In this document: positions 33,652 to 44,631 of the stretch, one piece after another
Numbering within the stretch: the first letter of the stretch is position 1
Layout of the letters: each line of letters starts with the position of its first letter
Source: a virus
Virus record (IMG/VR): IMGVR_UViG_3300033153_009093
Coordinates: 96,001 to 160,000 of that record
Strand: one strand, 5' to 3'
Length of the DNA: 64,000 bases
Notes under the pieces: model-generated
Database searches by the model: none
What the model was told of the DNA's origin: nothing
What the model saw: the letters and a program-made list of their open reading frames with translations, nothing else
Position numbers and translations under genes: made by a program

Positions 33652-34626
33652 TCATTTTTCTACCTTTTCAAATAAAAAGCATTTGACATTATCGTAATCA
33701 TTTTTATAAATACCATAATATTGTACAATGTTATTAACTTTTTCAGTATATAAATCTTGTATAATATAATCTCTTATTTGTTTTATAGATTTAGGTATAG
33801 CAGAAGGCTTTCTTTTCTTAAAATCTATATCATTTTTTATTCGATATTCTATATCTTTTAATGAGATGTCATCGATATGATATAAATAATTTCCTATTTT
33901 CACTGTTTCGTAAACTTTACTTTTTATTTTATGACCTAAAGCTGATACAACTTTATATTTACAACATCTTAATTTAGCATTATCGTAATCATAAGGAACG
34001 GATACTACATCAGCAGGATTTATTTTAACTTGTATTAAAATTCCTTCATCTGATCCATAAAAATTTTTAGCATATGAATATGACGCTGCATGAAGTCCAA
34101 CAGAACAAGTAACTTTTCTATCCGAACAAACTTCAGCTCTGTCCATTTCGACAATTGAACCGACCGAATTATTAAAAGTGTTTGTTGCAAAATCTTTAAA
34201 ATTAGAAGTAACTTTTTTATAAGCTATAAAATGTCCATCGACTGTTAAGGGATATTTATTATGTTCTAAAAATAAATATAATTCGGAAATAGAATCTTCT
34301 GATTTATTATTTATTAAATTATTCCAAAAATTTAATAAATTATCAAAGGGTAATCCGTTATTATGAAAATCTACAATTTTATTAGAAATATAATCGCTTA
34401 CTTTCCGACCATATGAATATACTGAACCATTTAATATACAAAATTTATCATTACTTTCGGCTTCAATAAAATCCTTTACATCTACAAGCTTTCTAATCTT
34501 TTTAAAATCGCCATCTTTTATTAATTTTAAAATCTTATCATATAATGCAGTTTTTTTATTTACATCAAAAACTTCGTCTTCGTATGATATTACAATGCCA
34601 TTTTTTAATATATGGTAATTAAACAT
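33652..34626 (-). CDS. rIIB: rIIB-like protein
   Basis: ELYLFLEHN..PLT.DGHFIAYKKV, C..GLH, VKINPADVVSVPYDY..AKLRCCKY; adjacent to rIIA; start moved to ATG 34626. Confidence 0.85.
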   Translation of the reverse strand: MFNYHILKNGIVISYEDEVFDVNKKTALYDKILKLIKDGDFKKIRKLVDVKDFIEAESNDKFCILNGSVYSYGRKVSDYISNKIVDFHNNGLPFDNLLNFWNNLINNKSEDSISELYLFLEHNKYPLTVDGHFIAYKKVTSNFKDFATNTFNNSVGSIVEMDRAEVCSDRKVTCSVGLHAASYSYAKNFYGSDEGILIQVKINPADVVSVPYDYDNAKLRCCKYKVVSALGHKIKSKVYETVKIGNYLYHIDDISLKDIEYRIKNDIDFKKRKPSAIPKSIKQIRDYIIQDLYTEKVNNIVQYYGIYKNDYDNVKCFLFEKVEK

Positions 34627-36763
34627 TTTCTTTTTTCGCCTCATTATAGATATTAATATAATCAACAAAATTATATATTTCATCATCGCTATTAGTATAA
34701 TACTTTATATAATCTAATAAAGGATATTTTATGAAAAATATATCAATTCCTTTACTAAACTTTTTTATTTTTCTTTTTATAAAATTTTGTTTGATCTCTA
34801 CTTCGTTTATTTTTTTTCTACTAATTCGTCTAAATAATCTAAAAAAATTATACATATGAGCGTTATAATCTAAAATATTTTTATCATTTATTTTAAGATA
34901 ATAAGAATCATAATCTAAAATAAATTTTTTAAATTTATTATCTTCTATCAATTCAAAATATTCTTTTAGATTATATATTTTTTTCAATCTATTAACATAA
35001 TCGATATCATTAGACCTACATCCTACATTATTATTACAATAATAATAAAAATTTATTTGATTAATATTATCAATCAAATGCTGTTGAAATAAATTAGTTA
35101 AATCTTCTAATGAAAGTATCTCTTTTCCATCTAAAATTTCCGGTTGATATTTATTATACTTTAAAATAATTATAGTATCTTCTGTTAAATAGTTATATAT
35201 ATTTGTTAATTCTACATAATTACCTATATCATCTTTCCTGCCTTTATATAAAATATAATGAGTGTAATTATTTTGTAAATCTATTTGATTACAATACTTT
35301 AATTCTACCTTTTTAGAATAGCTTTGATACTCATAATAATAGTTACTACGATTTGATACCGTTGTAGTTTTCGCAAACATGTCAGAGTAACTATAAACAT
35401 TTTCTAAAGTACTCAGGGATTTAAATAATTGTAATATTTCTTTAGTTTTTCTACGTTTTGTATCTATTGATGCCGTAATAATAGTAACATTTTCTATATT
35501 ATTACTATTGCAAAATTGTTTTATCTTTGATTTATTTATTATTTTGGTAAATTTATCATTAATGATTATAACATCTACCATCAGTGGTTTAGATATATAC
35601 ATGCTATTGGAATAATTAATAGCATTCAAACGATTATGTATTCTATTAATTTTATATTGCGTTAAAATATATCCATAATCTCTTAAATCGATATAAAAAT
35701 TAGTATTAGAATAGTAAATAGAAAAGAAATTATTTGAAATTTGGAATTTAGTTAAAAAATAAAAAAGTTCTAAATCTTTTTCTTTAATTATATTATATAA
35801 ATCTTTAATATATTCTACATCTGAAATGTCAATACTTTTTGAAATTTTTTTACATATAATATCTATTTTGGAATTTAAAACATCATGCGTATTATTATCA
35901 TTAAATATAGCTTCTCTATTAATAACTGGAAATAATTCCCCGGTATTAAAAAATAAATATACCGCCATTCTATATTTTGTATTTATTTTATTATGAGGTA
36001 TATAGTTATTAACACTATCATATATTATACCATCTATAACTATAATAACATCATTATTATCTTCTTTTAAATAACCCTCATATCTTGAAGTATCTACAAT
36101 AGCGGCAGACTTATTTTGAATATACTTAATTGTATAATCTTCAAATGAAAATGTATTATTATTATCAATAATATTAGGTCTTACTTTCCAAAAGAAAGAA
36201 GTTCTAAAAACACATTTAGCAGCTTTTGATAAATCTTTAGAATTGATATTAACTTTTATTATAGTACCATTACATTTATCAACTTCTTTCTTTGATAACA
36301 AATCCAATTTACCTATATTATTATCAAGATATGCAATATATTTATATTCTATTTTATTATATACAGTCGTTATATTAAAAGAATCGGTATAACTCCATGC
36401 AGTTTTAGCACCTATACCAAATCCTCCGGTTTCATTATTATTAGTTGATTTAGTGCTATTGCCAAGTTTAACAAATACTTTAGCAATTCTGTCAGAAGAA
36501 AGACCTATGCCATAATCTATAAACCGAATATATGGATCAATAGGTGTAGGTAATATGACATCTATAGGAATTTCCGATTTTAATGCTTCTCTATGGGAAT
36601 CCCTTGCATTGCTCATATACTCTTGTATTAGTATTTTTAATGGGTTCTTATAAAGTTTAGTGGAAAGTATATCAAATATAATTGCTTCATTTTCAATACC
36701 AAATTTCATAGTATCAACACAATCGGATTTTTTTACTTTGAACGAATCGTAATCAATCTTCAT
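34619..36763 (-). CDS. rIIA: rIIA-like protein (GHKL ATPase N-terminus)
   Basis: LSTKLYKNP..EYMSNARDSH, DYGIGLS, STK..GGFGIGAK. Confidence 0.85.
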   Translation of the reverse strand: MKIDYDSFKVKKSDCVDTMKFGIENEAIIFDILSTKLYKNPLKILIQEYMSNARDSHREALKSEIPIDVILPTPIDPYIRFIDYGIGLSSDRIAKVFVKLGNSTKSTNNNETGGFGIGAKTAWSYTDSFNITTVYNKIEYKYIAYLDNNIGKLDLLSKKEVDKCNGTIIKVNINSKDLSKAAKCVFRTSFFWKVRPNIIDNNNTFSFEDYTIKYIQNKSAAIVDTSRYEGYLKEDNNDVIIVIDGIIYDSVNNYIPHNKINTKYRMAVYLFFNTGELFPVINREAIFNDNNTHDVLNSKIDIICKKISKSIDISDVEYIKDLYNIIKEKDLELFYFLTKFQISNNFFSIYYSNTNFYIDLRDYGYILTQYKINRIHNRLNAINYSNSMYISKPLMVDVIIINDKFTKIINKSKIKQFCNSNNIENVTIITASIDTKRRKTKEILQLFKSLSTLENVYSYSDMFAKTTTVSNRSNYYYEYQSYSKKVELKYCNQIDLQNNYTHYILYKGRKDDIGNYVELTNIYNYLTEDTIIILKYNKYQPEILDGKEILSLEDLTNLFQQHLIDNINQINFYYYCNNNVGCRSNDIDYVNRLKKIYNLKEYFELIEDNKFKKFILDYDSYYLKINDKNILDYNAHMYNFFRLFRRISRKKINEVEIKQNFIKRKIKKFSKGIDIFFIKYPLLDYIKYYTNSDDEIYNFVDYINIYNEAKKENV

Positions 36764-36850
36764 AATTTTTTATTATTAGTTTAATTTTATTTAAAAAAGT
36801 ATAAGTTATATAAATTATAACACATTATGAAGATAAAATCAACACAAATA

Positions 36851-38086
36851 TTATGTCAATGTTTCAAGAATATAATTTTTAAAATTATCAACAATTTGTT
36901 TTTTAACTGTAATATTCCATTCATTACAACAGCACGGAGCATAATCTTTATATCTCATATCATAGTCTTCAGATTCATGTAACGATTTTTGAAAATCGCA
37001 AATATCGTCCGCCTTCTTTACATGAATAAAACAAGGAGAAGTTGGACAATCGGATTTTATGTTTAAAGATTTTGTATATTTATAATATTTAGTTCTGCAT
37101 TCATATGGAAATGGGCCGTATAACCCAATAGCAGGCTTTTCAATACCTTCACGAAAATGAAATAGTGCAGTATCAACACTAATACAAAGAGTAGCATCAT
37201 ATGCATCAAGAAAAAATTCATCAAGATTTTTAGCTGCTATAATTTTAATTCTGTCATCTTTTAAATTATTAATATAATTTATATCTTCGATTCTTAAATT
37301 CAATTCATGGATATATATATTTACATCCTTATTATTAATACATTCAATTACGGATTCATAAATATCCTGAAATCTCATAGACCTAATTATAGCAGTAGAT
37401 CTAGGATTAATTAAAATACTAGGTTTATCAGAATCTATATTAGATTTATTATTATTTATTCTTGCTGTTTTTAATTGAGGTCTTCCCCATTCAAAGTCAA
37501 ACTCATCAATCCCGATAGTTTTATATTGTAATTCATACCAATTATCTTTACTATTTTCAATAACACCTTCATAATAAATAGTCTTATACCTACTATTTAC
37601 TCGTTTTTTTTCTAAAGAGTTATTACTTTTATATCTTACAATTGGCGAAAAATAAGATATAAATGTCACTGGTTCTCGATACCATTTAAACACGCTTCTA
37701 TATTTTTCTTGAGAAATGAATTTTAAATTTTTAGATTTCTTATTTAAAAATTGTACTATATTCATTGAAATAGAAGATAAAGCGATTAAATCGCCTATGC
37801 CTCCGGTTCTTAATATAATAGGAAATACCATTTTATTTTCTTTTGTAAAATCTAATTTATCTATAACATCGTCAATATTTTTTTCATATTTAACAATTTT
37901 ATTATAAATATTTTTTACTTGAGATGCTATCATATGTCTATCAGAAGTTCTAATAACTTCTATTAACCTTTCTTTAAATGTTAACCATATAGTATCAGCG
38001 AATAAATACATATGTTTAGGTTGTATTTTTATATCATTATCATTAATATTGATAGAAATACTTTTTTTAAATTCAACAATTTTCAT
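36851..38086 (-). CDS. Glycosyltransferase family 9-like (heptosyltransferase-like)
   Basis: RTGGIGDLI, ISVDTALFH, IGLYGP, C-terminal Cys cluster (CPTSPC). Confidence 0.7.
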   Translation of the reverse strand: MKIVEFKKSISININDNDIKIQPKHMYLFADTIWLTFKERLIEVIRTSDRHMIASQVKNIYNKIVKYEKNIDDVIDKLDFTKENKMVFPIILRTGGIGDLIALSSISMNIVQFLNKKSKNLKFISQEKYRSVFKWYREPVTFISYFSPIVRYKSNNSLEKKRVNSRYKTIYYEGVIENSKDNWYELQYKTIGIDEFDFEWGRPQLKTARINNNKSNIDSDKPSILINPRSTAIIRSMRFQDIYESVIECINNKDVNIYIHELNLRIEDINYINNLKDDRIKIIAAKNLDEFFLDAYDATLCISVDTALFHFREGIEKPAIGLYGPFPYECRTKYYKYTKSLNIKSDCPTSPCFIHVKKADDICDFQKSLHESEDYDMRYKDYAPCCCNEWNITVKKQIVDNFKNYILETLT

Positions 38087-39023
38087 TAATATTACACCTT
38101 ATATTATTTATTTTTTTTAATAGATAATTATAATTATCTATTATATTTTTTTCATTAACAATATTTAATGATATATTATCATCAAAATTATTAATATATA
38201 ACTTCATTATTTTTAATAGTTCTGTTATATTAAATTGCTTACAATTATAACAAGCATCTTCTATACAGTTTATATCATCAAAATTTATATTGAAGTATTT
38301 TATAAAATACTTCAATAAATTATTATACAAATGACATTCAGTACCAGTTTTATATTTAATGATATACTTTTTCATATTATCTATATCATCAAAATTAATA
38401 AAATTATTTAATGATTTTGACATTTTTTCTTTTTCATTGCTTCCATAAATAACATTATTAGAAATATTAATTTTTATATTTTTTATATTTAATTTTTTAT
38501 AAATATCTTTCATAATGTTAATATTTGATTTTTGATCATTTGCTAAAAAAACAGTTGTTATTTCATTATCATTATGATATAATAATACATCAAAAGTTTG
38601 TAAAACTGGATATAATAAAAATCCCAAAGATTTATTCTTACTATTTTTAAATGTAGGATTTTTTAATAATTTTGATGTATTTATTAACGGAAGATATTTA
38701 TATGTTAAAGAAGTATGATAATTATTAATGTTTTTATTATTTTGAAATATAAATAATAATTTATTAATATTATTATCAATGTTTTTATTATTATATATTA
38801 AATATGTTTTATATAATGAATAAATCTTTTTTGCTAGTAAAATAGAATTATTATTTATTTTATTAGCTGAAATATTAGATAATTCTGAATGAGTTTCAGC
38901 TAGTAAAATAAATATTTTATTAACATTTTTAAACATTATATTATCAAACATATTTAAAATTGTCATAACATGTCCAATATGTAAATTATTTCCCGTTGAT
39001 CTAATTCCAAAATATATATTCAT
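38073..39023 (-). CDS. trpS: Divergent tryptophanyl-tRNA synthetase-like protein (class Ic)
   Basis: GIRSTGNNLHIGH, YPVLQTFDVLLY, ANDQKSN, KMSKS, C-terminal C..CK; contains no TAG and no TGG. Confidence 0.8.
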   Translation of the reverse strand: MNIYFGIRSTGNNLHIGHVMTILNMFDNIMFKNVNKIFILLAETHSELSNISANKINNNSILLAKKIYSLYKTYLIYNNKNIDNNINKLLFIFQNNKNINNYHTSLTYKYLPLINTSKLLKNPTFKNSKNKSLGFLLYPVLQTFDVLLYHNDNEITTVFLANDQKSNINIMKDIYKKLNIKNIKINISNNVIYGSNEKEKMSKSLNNFINFDDIDNMKKYIIKYKTGTECHLYNNLLKYFIKYFNINFDDINCIEDACYNCKQFNITELLKIMKLYINNFDDNISLNIVNEKNIIDNYNYLLKKINNIRCNINENC

Positions 39024-39044
39024 AAATTATTCCCTTTTAAAATA

Positions 39045-39092
39045 TATTTATATATATCATATTTTTTTAAAAAAATATGATATATATAAATA
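39045..39092. promoter_or_regulatory. Perfect 48-bp palindrome at the divergent strand switch
   Basis: TATTTATATATATCATATTTTTTT|AAAAAAATATGATATATATAAATA is self-complementary; it lies between the ATGs at 39023 (-) and 39134 (+). Confidence 0.6.
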
Positions 39093-39133
39093 AATATAAG
39101 AAATAGAATTAATATTAACCAATAAAAAAATTT

Positions 39134-39490
39134 ATGAATTTCATTAATTATTTTGATAATATATCAGAATTTAAATATAAAAAAGATATTATAAAAGAAA
39201 TCAATATGATATATCATATTGATTTATCAGATAAAGATTATAAAAATAATATTAATAATTTATTAAAGAAGGAAATTATTGATAAATCTTCTAAAAAAGG
39301 AAAATGTGGCTACATATCTGTTTCATTTTTAAAAAGTAAAAATTTTTCGGATGGAGCATTGTATTTTAATTCATTAAAAAACAAAAAACACAATGCTCAG
39401 GATTTTAATAAAAAACATGATATAGAAGTTATAATACCTTTTAATAAAAACGATTGTATTATAGAATTAAATTTAATGGATGAATTATAA
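39134..39490 (+). CDS. Hypothetical protein
   Basis: Track ORF. Confidence 0.55.
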   Translation: MNFINYFDNISEFKYKKDIIKEINMIYHIDLSDKDYKNNINNLLKKEIIDKSSKKGKCGYISVSFLKSKNFSDGALYFNSLKNKKHNAQDFNKKHDIEVIIPFNKNDCIIELNLMDEL

Positions 39491-40540
39491 ATGTGTAAAT
39501 TTATTACTAATTTAAATTATAAAAAAAATTTTAATAATAAGAAGTATGATTATATTCTTATTGATATAAACAGTTTGACTTTAGTGCCTTATCTTAATAG
39601 TGAAAAATATTTTTCAAAAGATAACATTAACATTACTCCTTTTATTGAAACTATAAAGTTATATGCTAATTATAAAAAATATTTTCCGAAAGCAAAATTT
39701 ATATTTGCTATTGACGGGGGTATATCTCCTACAATTTTAAAAGTTTACCCTGATTATAAAAAAAATAGAAATTCAAAAAAATATACATCAAAACATTATA
39801 ATTCAACAATTTGTAAAAATATATATGATTACAATGTAGGATTATTAATAGCTTTATTTGATAAATTGCAAGAGTTTTTTATTTATGATATTAGAAGAAA
39901 TGAAGCTGATTTTATTATTGGCTATATAGCCAATAAATTATCAAAAAATAATAAATGTTTGATATTATCTCATGATAAAGATTTATTATTTGCATATAAT
40001 AAAAACAATAATATTGATATAATTTATAAATATATCAATATGAAATATAATAAAGTTTTATATTATTATGTTGATTCATTTGAATGTTTATTACATATAA
40101 TAGATTTCAGATATTTAAAAAATGAAATAGAATTGCTCTATTACCGGTCTTTAGTTGGCGATACAAGTGATAGTATTAAAAAACCTTTCGGTTTAAAATC
40201 AAAAAAAATTGTTAATAATATGTTTGAAAATTGTTATTTAGAAAATATCAATGTTACTTATGAATATATTATTGGATATTTTTCAGAAAAATTTAATAAT
40301 AAAAAAGTATTAGATAATTTTATTGTTGATTTTCGAAGAAATTTATTGATAATGAATATTTTCAATGAAAATATTATATTGCAAAATGATAAAATAAAAT
40401 TGAATGCATATATTGATGATGTAAAATATAAAAACAATGAAAAAATTGAAATTAATTCAATACATAGTTTATTTTCTAAATATGGATTGTATTTAGAAAA
40501 AGATAATATTAATAAAATGTTTAAATATTTAAAAGGTTAA
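39491..40540 (+). CDS. 5'-3' exonuclease / T4 RNase H-like (FEN family) nuclease
   Basis: IDINS, AIDGG, YPDYKKNR, EADFIIG, SHDKDL, LVGDTSD.IK. Confidence 0.8.
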   Translation: MCKFITNLNYKKNFNNKKYDYILIDINSLTLVPYLNSEKYFSKDNINITPFIETIKLYANYKKYFPKAKFIFAIDGGISPTILKVYPDYKKNRNSKKYTSKHYNSTICKNIYDYNVGLLIALFDKLQEFFIYDIRRNEADFIIGYIANKLSKNNKCLILSHDKDLLFAYNKNNNIDIIYKYINMKYNKVLYYYVDSFECLLHIIDFRYLKNEIELLYYRSLVGDTSDSIKKPFGLKSKKIVNNMFENCYLENINVTYEYIIGYFSEKFNNKKVLDNFIVDFRRNLLIMNIFNENIILQNDKIKLNAYIDDVKYKNNEKIEINSIHSLFSKYGLYLEKDNINKMFKYLKG

Positions 40541-40548
40541 TAGCTACA

Positions 40549-41304
40549 ATGAAAAATAAAACTTACATTAAAACCCCAAAAAAAGAAAATACTACAACAT
40601 CATTATCAAATTCTAAATTTGATGAATCTCTATCATTAAATAATATTTAGTTTGGTGGCAATTCGAAAGTATCAAATACTTCTGAAGAAATAGAAGAAAC
40701 ATCGAATACAGAAGAAACGGCAGATTCCCCGGAAAATTTTTTCTTTGATATGGGAAATGTTTCATTAAAAGATAATTTCACTATATATTTTGACTCGCCA
40801 GTATATTCTAATTCTGTAAATATGGCAATGGATTTATTAAAACAGGTTAATAGAAATATTGCAATGACAGAATTAGAATATCCTGAATTGAAAGGTTTAT
40901 TAAATGTAAAATTTATTATCAATTCAGGTGGCGGTGAAATTATTCAAGGTTTGAGATTATTCGATTCTATAAGAAATAATGCGTTTCCTGTAAATACTAT
41001 TGCATCTGGAATGGCCGCAAGTATGGGAATAATTTTATTAGTAGCAGGACATAAAGTTCAAGCGGTAGAAAATAGCGTATTAATGATTCATCAGTTATCT
41101 GCTGGAATGGGTGGAAAATTTTTTGAATTAAGAGATCATATGAAATTTTATACAGAATTGCAGAATAAATTGTCTGCAATTTTAATAGAAAATTCAAAAG
41201 CGAAAAAAGAAGACGTACTTAATTTTATGAAAGGTGAATCGTTTATATTAACTAAAGACGCTTTAAAATTAGGTATCATAGACGAAATAGTAAAATCTAT
41301 ATAA
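40549..41304 (+). CDS. clpP: ClpP-like protease with an N-terminal extension crossing 1 TAG
   Basis: INSGGG, GMAASMG, MIHQ, EA-like DALKLGIID. In-frame ATG at 40549 with TAG at 40648-40650; alternative start at ATG 40750. Confidence 0.8.
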
Positions 41305-41315
41305 TCGGAGTTATA

Positions 41316-41696
41316 ATGAAAAAAAATGTAAGTGCATCATCATTACTGAAAAATATAATTGGCGATAATGATTTTAAAAAGTATATTGACGAACATTCAA
41401 TTGATTTAAATCAATTAGTTGAATTATTATCAATTGATTTAAATTATATTTATAGAAATATAATTGATTCTTTTGATATAGATATGGAGTATAATAAATC
41501 AAAAGAATTGAGCATTTCTATAAATTTTATTCAAAGTTCATCTATACTAAATGATGACCTTTTTGATAAAGCCATATATTATTATGATAAATATGAACAA
41601 TACTTAATTGATAATGAGTTATATGATATATCAGTAGATTTTAATGTTACTACTGAAAATGAAAACGTTAAAATAATAACAGTATATTCTACTTAA
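41316..41696 (+). CDS. Hypothetical protein
   Basis: Track ORF. Confidence 0.55.
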   Translation: MKKNVSASSLLKNIIGDNDFKKYIDEHSIDLNQLVELLSIDLNYIYRNIIDSFDIDMEYNKSKELSISINFIQSSSILNDDLFDKAIYYYDKYEQYLIDNELYDISVDFNVTTENENVKIITVYST

Positions 41697-41710
41697 TTAT
41701 CGGTGATGTA

Positions 41711-42214
41711 ATGGCTAAAAGAACAAATAATTATAAAAGAACATCAGAAAGAAGAGATTATAAAAAATCTAAAAATGTATAGAAAACTCTAGATTTTTTA
41801 CAAACTAATGGCAGATTGCCACTTAAAAGTAATTTATCACATTCAGAAGTAAATAGTAGATGTTTATTCTATTATAATAGAATTCAAGAAATAAACATTT
41901 TTTTTATTGAAAATAAATATGATAAAACTTTATTGAAAAAAAGGAAATCAGAGTATCAGGATTATATAATAAATTTGGTTAGTATTGTTATTAGTTCTGT
42001 TATAAAACGATTTAAAACTTTATATCCAGCTTATTACGATGATGTATTTACAGACTGCGTTGTAGATATTCTTATTAAAATAGAAAAAAATAAATATGAT
42101 AATAAGAAGTCATCATAGCATAGTTATTGTTATGAGACTTCTTATTAGGCATGTATAAAATATATACATGCTAAAGCTCAATATGAAAATAATACTGTAC
42201 AGTTAATTCAATAA
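41711..42214 (+). CDS. Possible phage sigma-factor-like protein (T4 gp55-like); 3 in-frame TAG
   Basis: YYDDVFTDCVVDILIKIEKNKYDNKKSS*HSYCYETSY*ACIKYI resembles the gp55/sigma region-2 'FD..K..N.FAY.TQ...AF' pattern. TAG at 41780, 42116 and 42146. Confidence 0.4.
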
Positions 42215-42219
42215 TTATA

Positions 42220-42912
42220 ATGAAAAAATTTATAACTTCATATAGTAATAAAAAAATAAAACCATAGAAGGATGATATTTGTAATTTAAAAGAGAATGGA
42301 CTACTTCTTCCTTATTACAATAAAAGATATAAAAACTTTATGTATAATATTGATAATACTTTAATACATAAAGTTTTTTATTATAATAAAGATAGGAAAA
42401 TTTCTGGTTTTTATTTTGATAAATATAAAAAAATATCATTTGATATGTTAGACAATTTACCATTTGATACTGATCATTTTATTACCTATGAAATTATAGG
42501 ATATTCCATTTTTGTAATTAGTAATAATAAAACTATTTATTCATTTAATAAGTATAAAAAATGTGACAATGAATTAAATAATTATATTGATAATAATTAT
42601 AAATTAAAATATTTAATAAATAAATATGATAAATATATTTTTGAATTTAAATTATTCGACAATGAATTATTTTTAATAAGTATTTTTAATAATATTGAAA
42701 TTAAGAATTATACATTTATTAAAAATGTTTCAAATATGTATGATATAAAAATTCCGAAGTTGGTTAATTCTAATTTATATAAATTCGGAAATGGTATGAT
42801 GGATGTATTTTATAATGATTACTATTGGAATAATTCAATTTTTTTAAAGAATAGAAACTATTATTTAACTTTTATGTTTCAAAATAATAAATATCTATTA
42901 TATAAGTTATAA
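42220..42912 (+). CDS. Hypothetical protein; 1 in-frame TAG in the N-terminal part
   Basis: ATG 42220 is in frame with track ORF 42340..42912; TAG at 42265. Confidence 0.6.
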
Positions 42913-42945
42913 TTTCATGTAACTTATATAATAGATATTATACTA

Positions 42946-43674
42946 TTAAGATACCGCTTCTATACCATATTTGGTAGCCGTGACTCGTTTCATAGGTACA
43001 TCGCCTTGTCTGAAATTTATTTCAACTTCTACAGTTGAAACATCAGGGTTAAATGGATCGGTGACATCAAAATAAGTATCAATGTCAACAAGATAAGCAT
43101 TTCTTGTAGTTCCATCTGGATAATTTACTTTTTTACGGTATGTGATAGTTCTTGAACCAAAATCATCCGTTGGCTGATCTACAGATTTAGAAGTTACAAT
43201 CTAATTACCTTCTGCCGGTATAGCTATTTCATTAGATATAGTATATAGACCATCAGCAGTAGTTACAGCCAATAAATTAGCAGGGGTAGGGGTAACATCC
43301 AAATCTTTCCAAGTGGCGTTTATTTCCACCGTACAGCTTTTAATTTTAAGGGGTGTACATGCTAAGGTAGTGACTGCTGTACCATCGATAGCCAAGCCAG
43401 CTAAAAATGATGCATCTTGACCTTTAGCTAATTCGGTCGGTTTATATTTTGGCATAGCTTCTTCTGTTAATTTAACAGAAACGTTTTCATAACATAAGTT
43501 AGGATCGGATAATACACCTATAGAACAAATAGAAAATTCATCTTCAAAAGAATAAGATTTTTCTATATTTTTTATAAACATATGAACGGTATCACCACAA
43601 TCTAATTCACCTTCAGAAATTCTGAAGTCTGTTTTAGTTTTATAACCGGAGGTTGTCCCGAAACGTATTGACAT
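42946..43674 (-). CDS. Probable abundant virion protein (242 aa; tail-tube-like composition, unassigned); 1 in-frame TAG
   Basis: Track ORF ends at TAG 43201-43203 and the frame stays open 85 more codons to TAA 42946; higher GC, rich in Gly/Ala/Thr. Confidence 0.65.
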
Positions 43675-43820
43675 AATTTTTACCTTTATTAAAAATATAA
43701 TATAATTATTTTCATTTATGAAATTAATTTAAATTTTTATAATTATAGAATAAAAATAATAAATGTCACATTTTCATTAAAAACTGTAATTAATATATAT
43801 AATTAAATAGGATAAGATAT

Positions 43821-44423
43821 ATGAACAATGGATATATTGTACAAGGTGTAGGTGAATCTACAGGGTGTAGAATGATGACAGAAATTTTAATTCAGTCAGG
43901 ATGTATTGGTAAATTTGGACATGAACAGGAATTTCAAAAATATATTCATAATAAGAAACAATTTATAACATGGTTAAAAAGTAAACAATATAATAATTTT
44001 GTTGTAAGATTTAGTTTTCCACACGGACAATATTTACCAGATTTACATGATTGGTATTTAAAATTAAAAACAGTATATGATAATGTATATATAATACTTA
44101 CGACACGTTCTTGGATATGTCAAGAAATTGGGACAATAGGCGGAAACCATTTAAAAAATAATCCTAATATACTAATACCTACGTTAAATGATAGAATTAC
44201 AAAGAGTTATAAAAAGATATTTTCAGATTTAGATAAAATAGAAAATGGCAATTATACTAAATTTACCGTTATGAATATGGGCGATTTGATCAAATATCCA
44301 AAAGAGCATATAGAATATTTATTTAATAGATTAAATTTAACTATTCCATTAGATTTTAATTATAATTTTATCAGAAAAGACTCAGATGAAAAAAGAATAT
44401 TACAATATATAAAACAAAGATAA
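43821..44423 (+). CDS. Possible sulfotransferase-like P-loop protein
   Basis: IVQGVGESTGCRMMTEIL N-terminal motif, HEQ, SFPH, TTRS. Confidence 0.35.
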   Translation: MNNGYIVQGVGESTGCRMMTEILIQSGCIGKFGHEQEFQKYIHNKKQFITWLKSKQYNNFVVRFSFPHGQYLPDLHDWYLKLKTVYDNVYIILTTRSWICQEIGTIGGNHLKNNPNILIPTLNDRITKSYKKIFSDLDKIENGNYTKFTVMNMGDLIKYPKEHIEYLFNRLNLTIPLDFNYNFIRKDSDEKRILQYIKQR

Positions 44424-44424
44424 A

Positions 44425-44625
44425 ATGAATAAATGTAAAAATTGCGGTAATGAATTAAGTAAAGGTATATACAAAAATAATTTAATTAATTTTTGTAAAG
44501 CATGCGGATATGGATTGAATAATGAAAATGATAATATAATAAATCTTACAAATTGTAATTTTTGCAATTTGTGGTTTTTTAAAAAAACAGAAACATTGTG
44601 TAAATGTAGACAATTAACTGAGTGA
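44425..44625 (+). CDS. Small Cys-rich zinc-ribbon protein
   Basis: CKNCG, CKACG, CNFC, CKC. Confidence 0.55.
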   Translation: MNKCKNCGNELSKGIYKNNLINFCKACGYGLNNENDNIINLTNCNFCNLWFFKKTETLCKCRQLTE

Positions 44626-44631
44626 TTAAAT

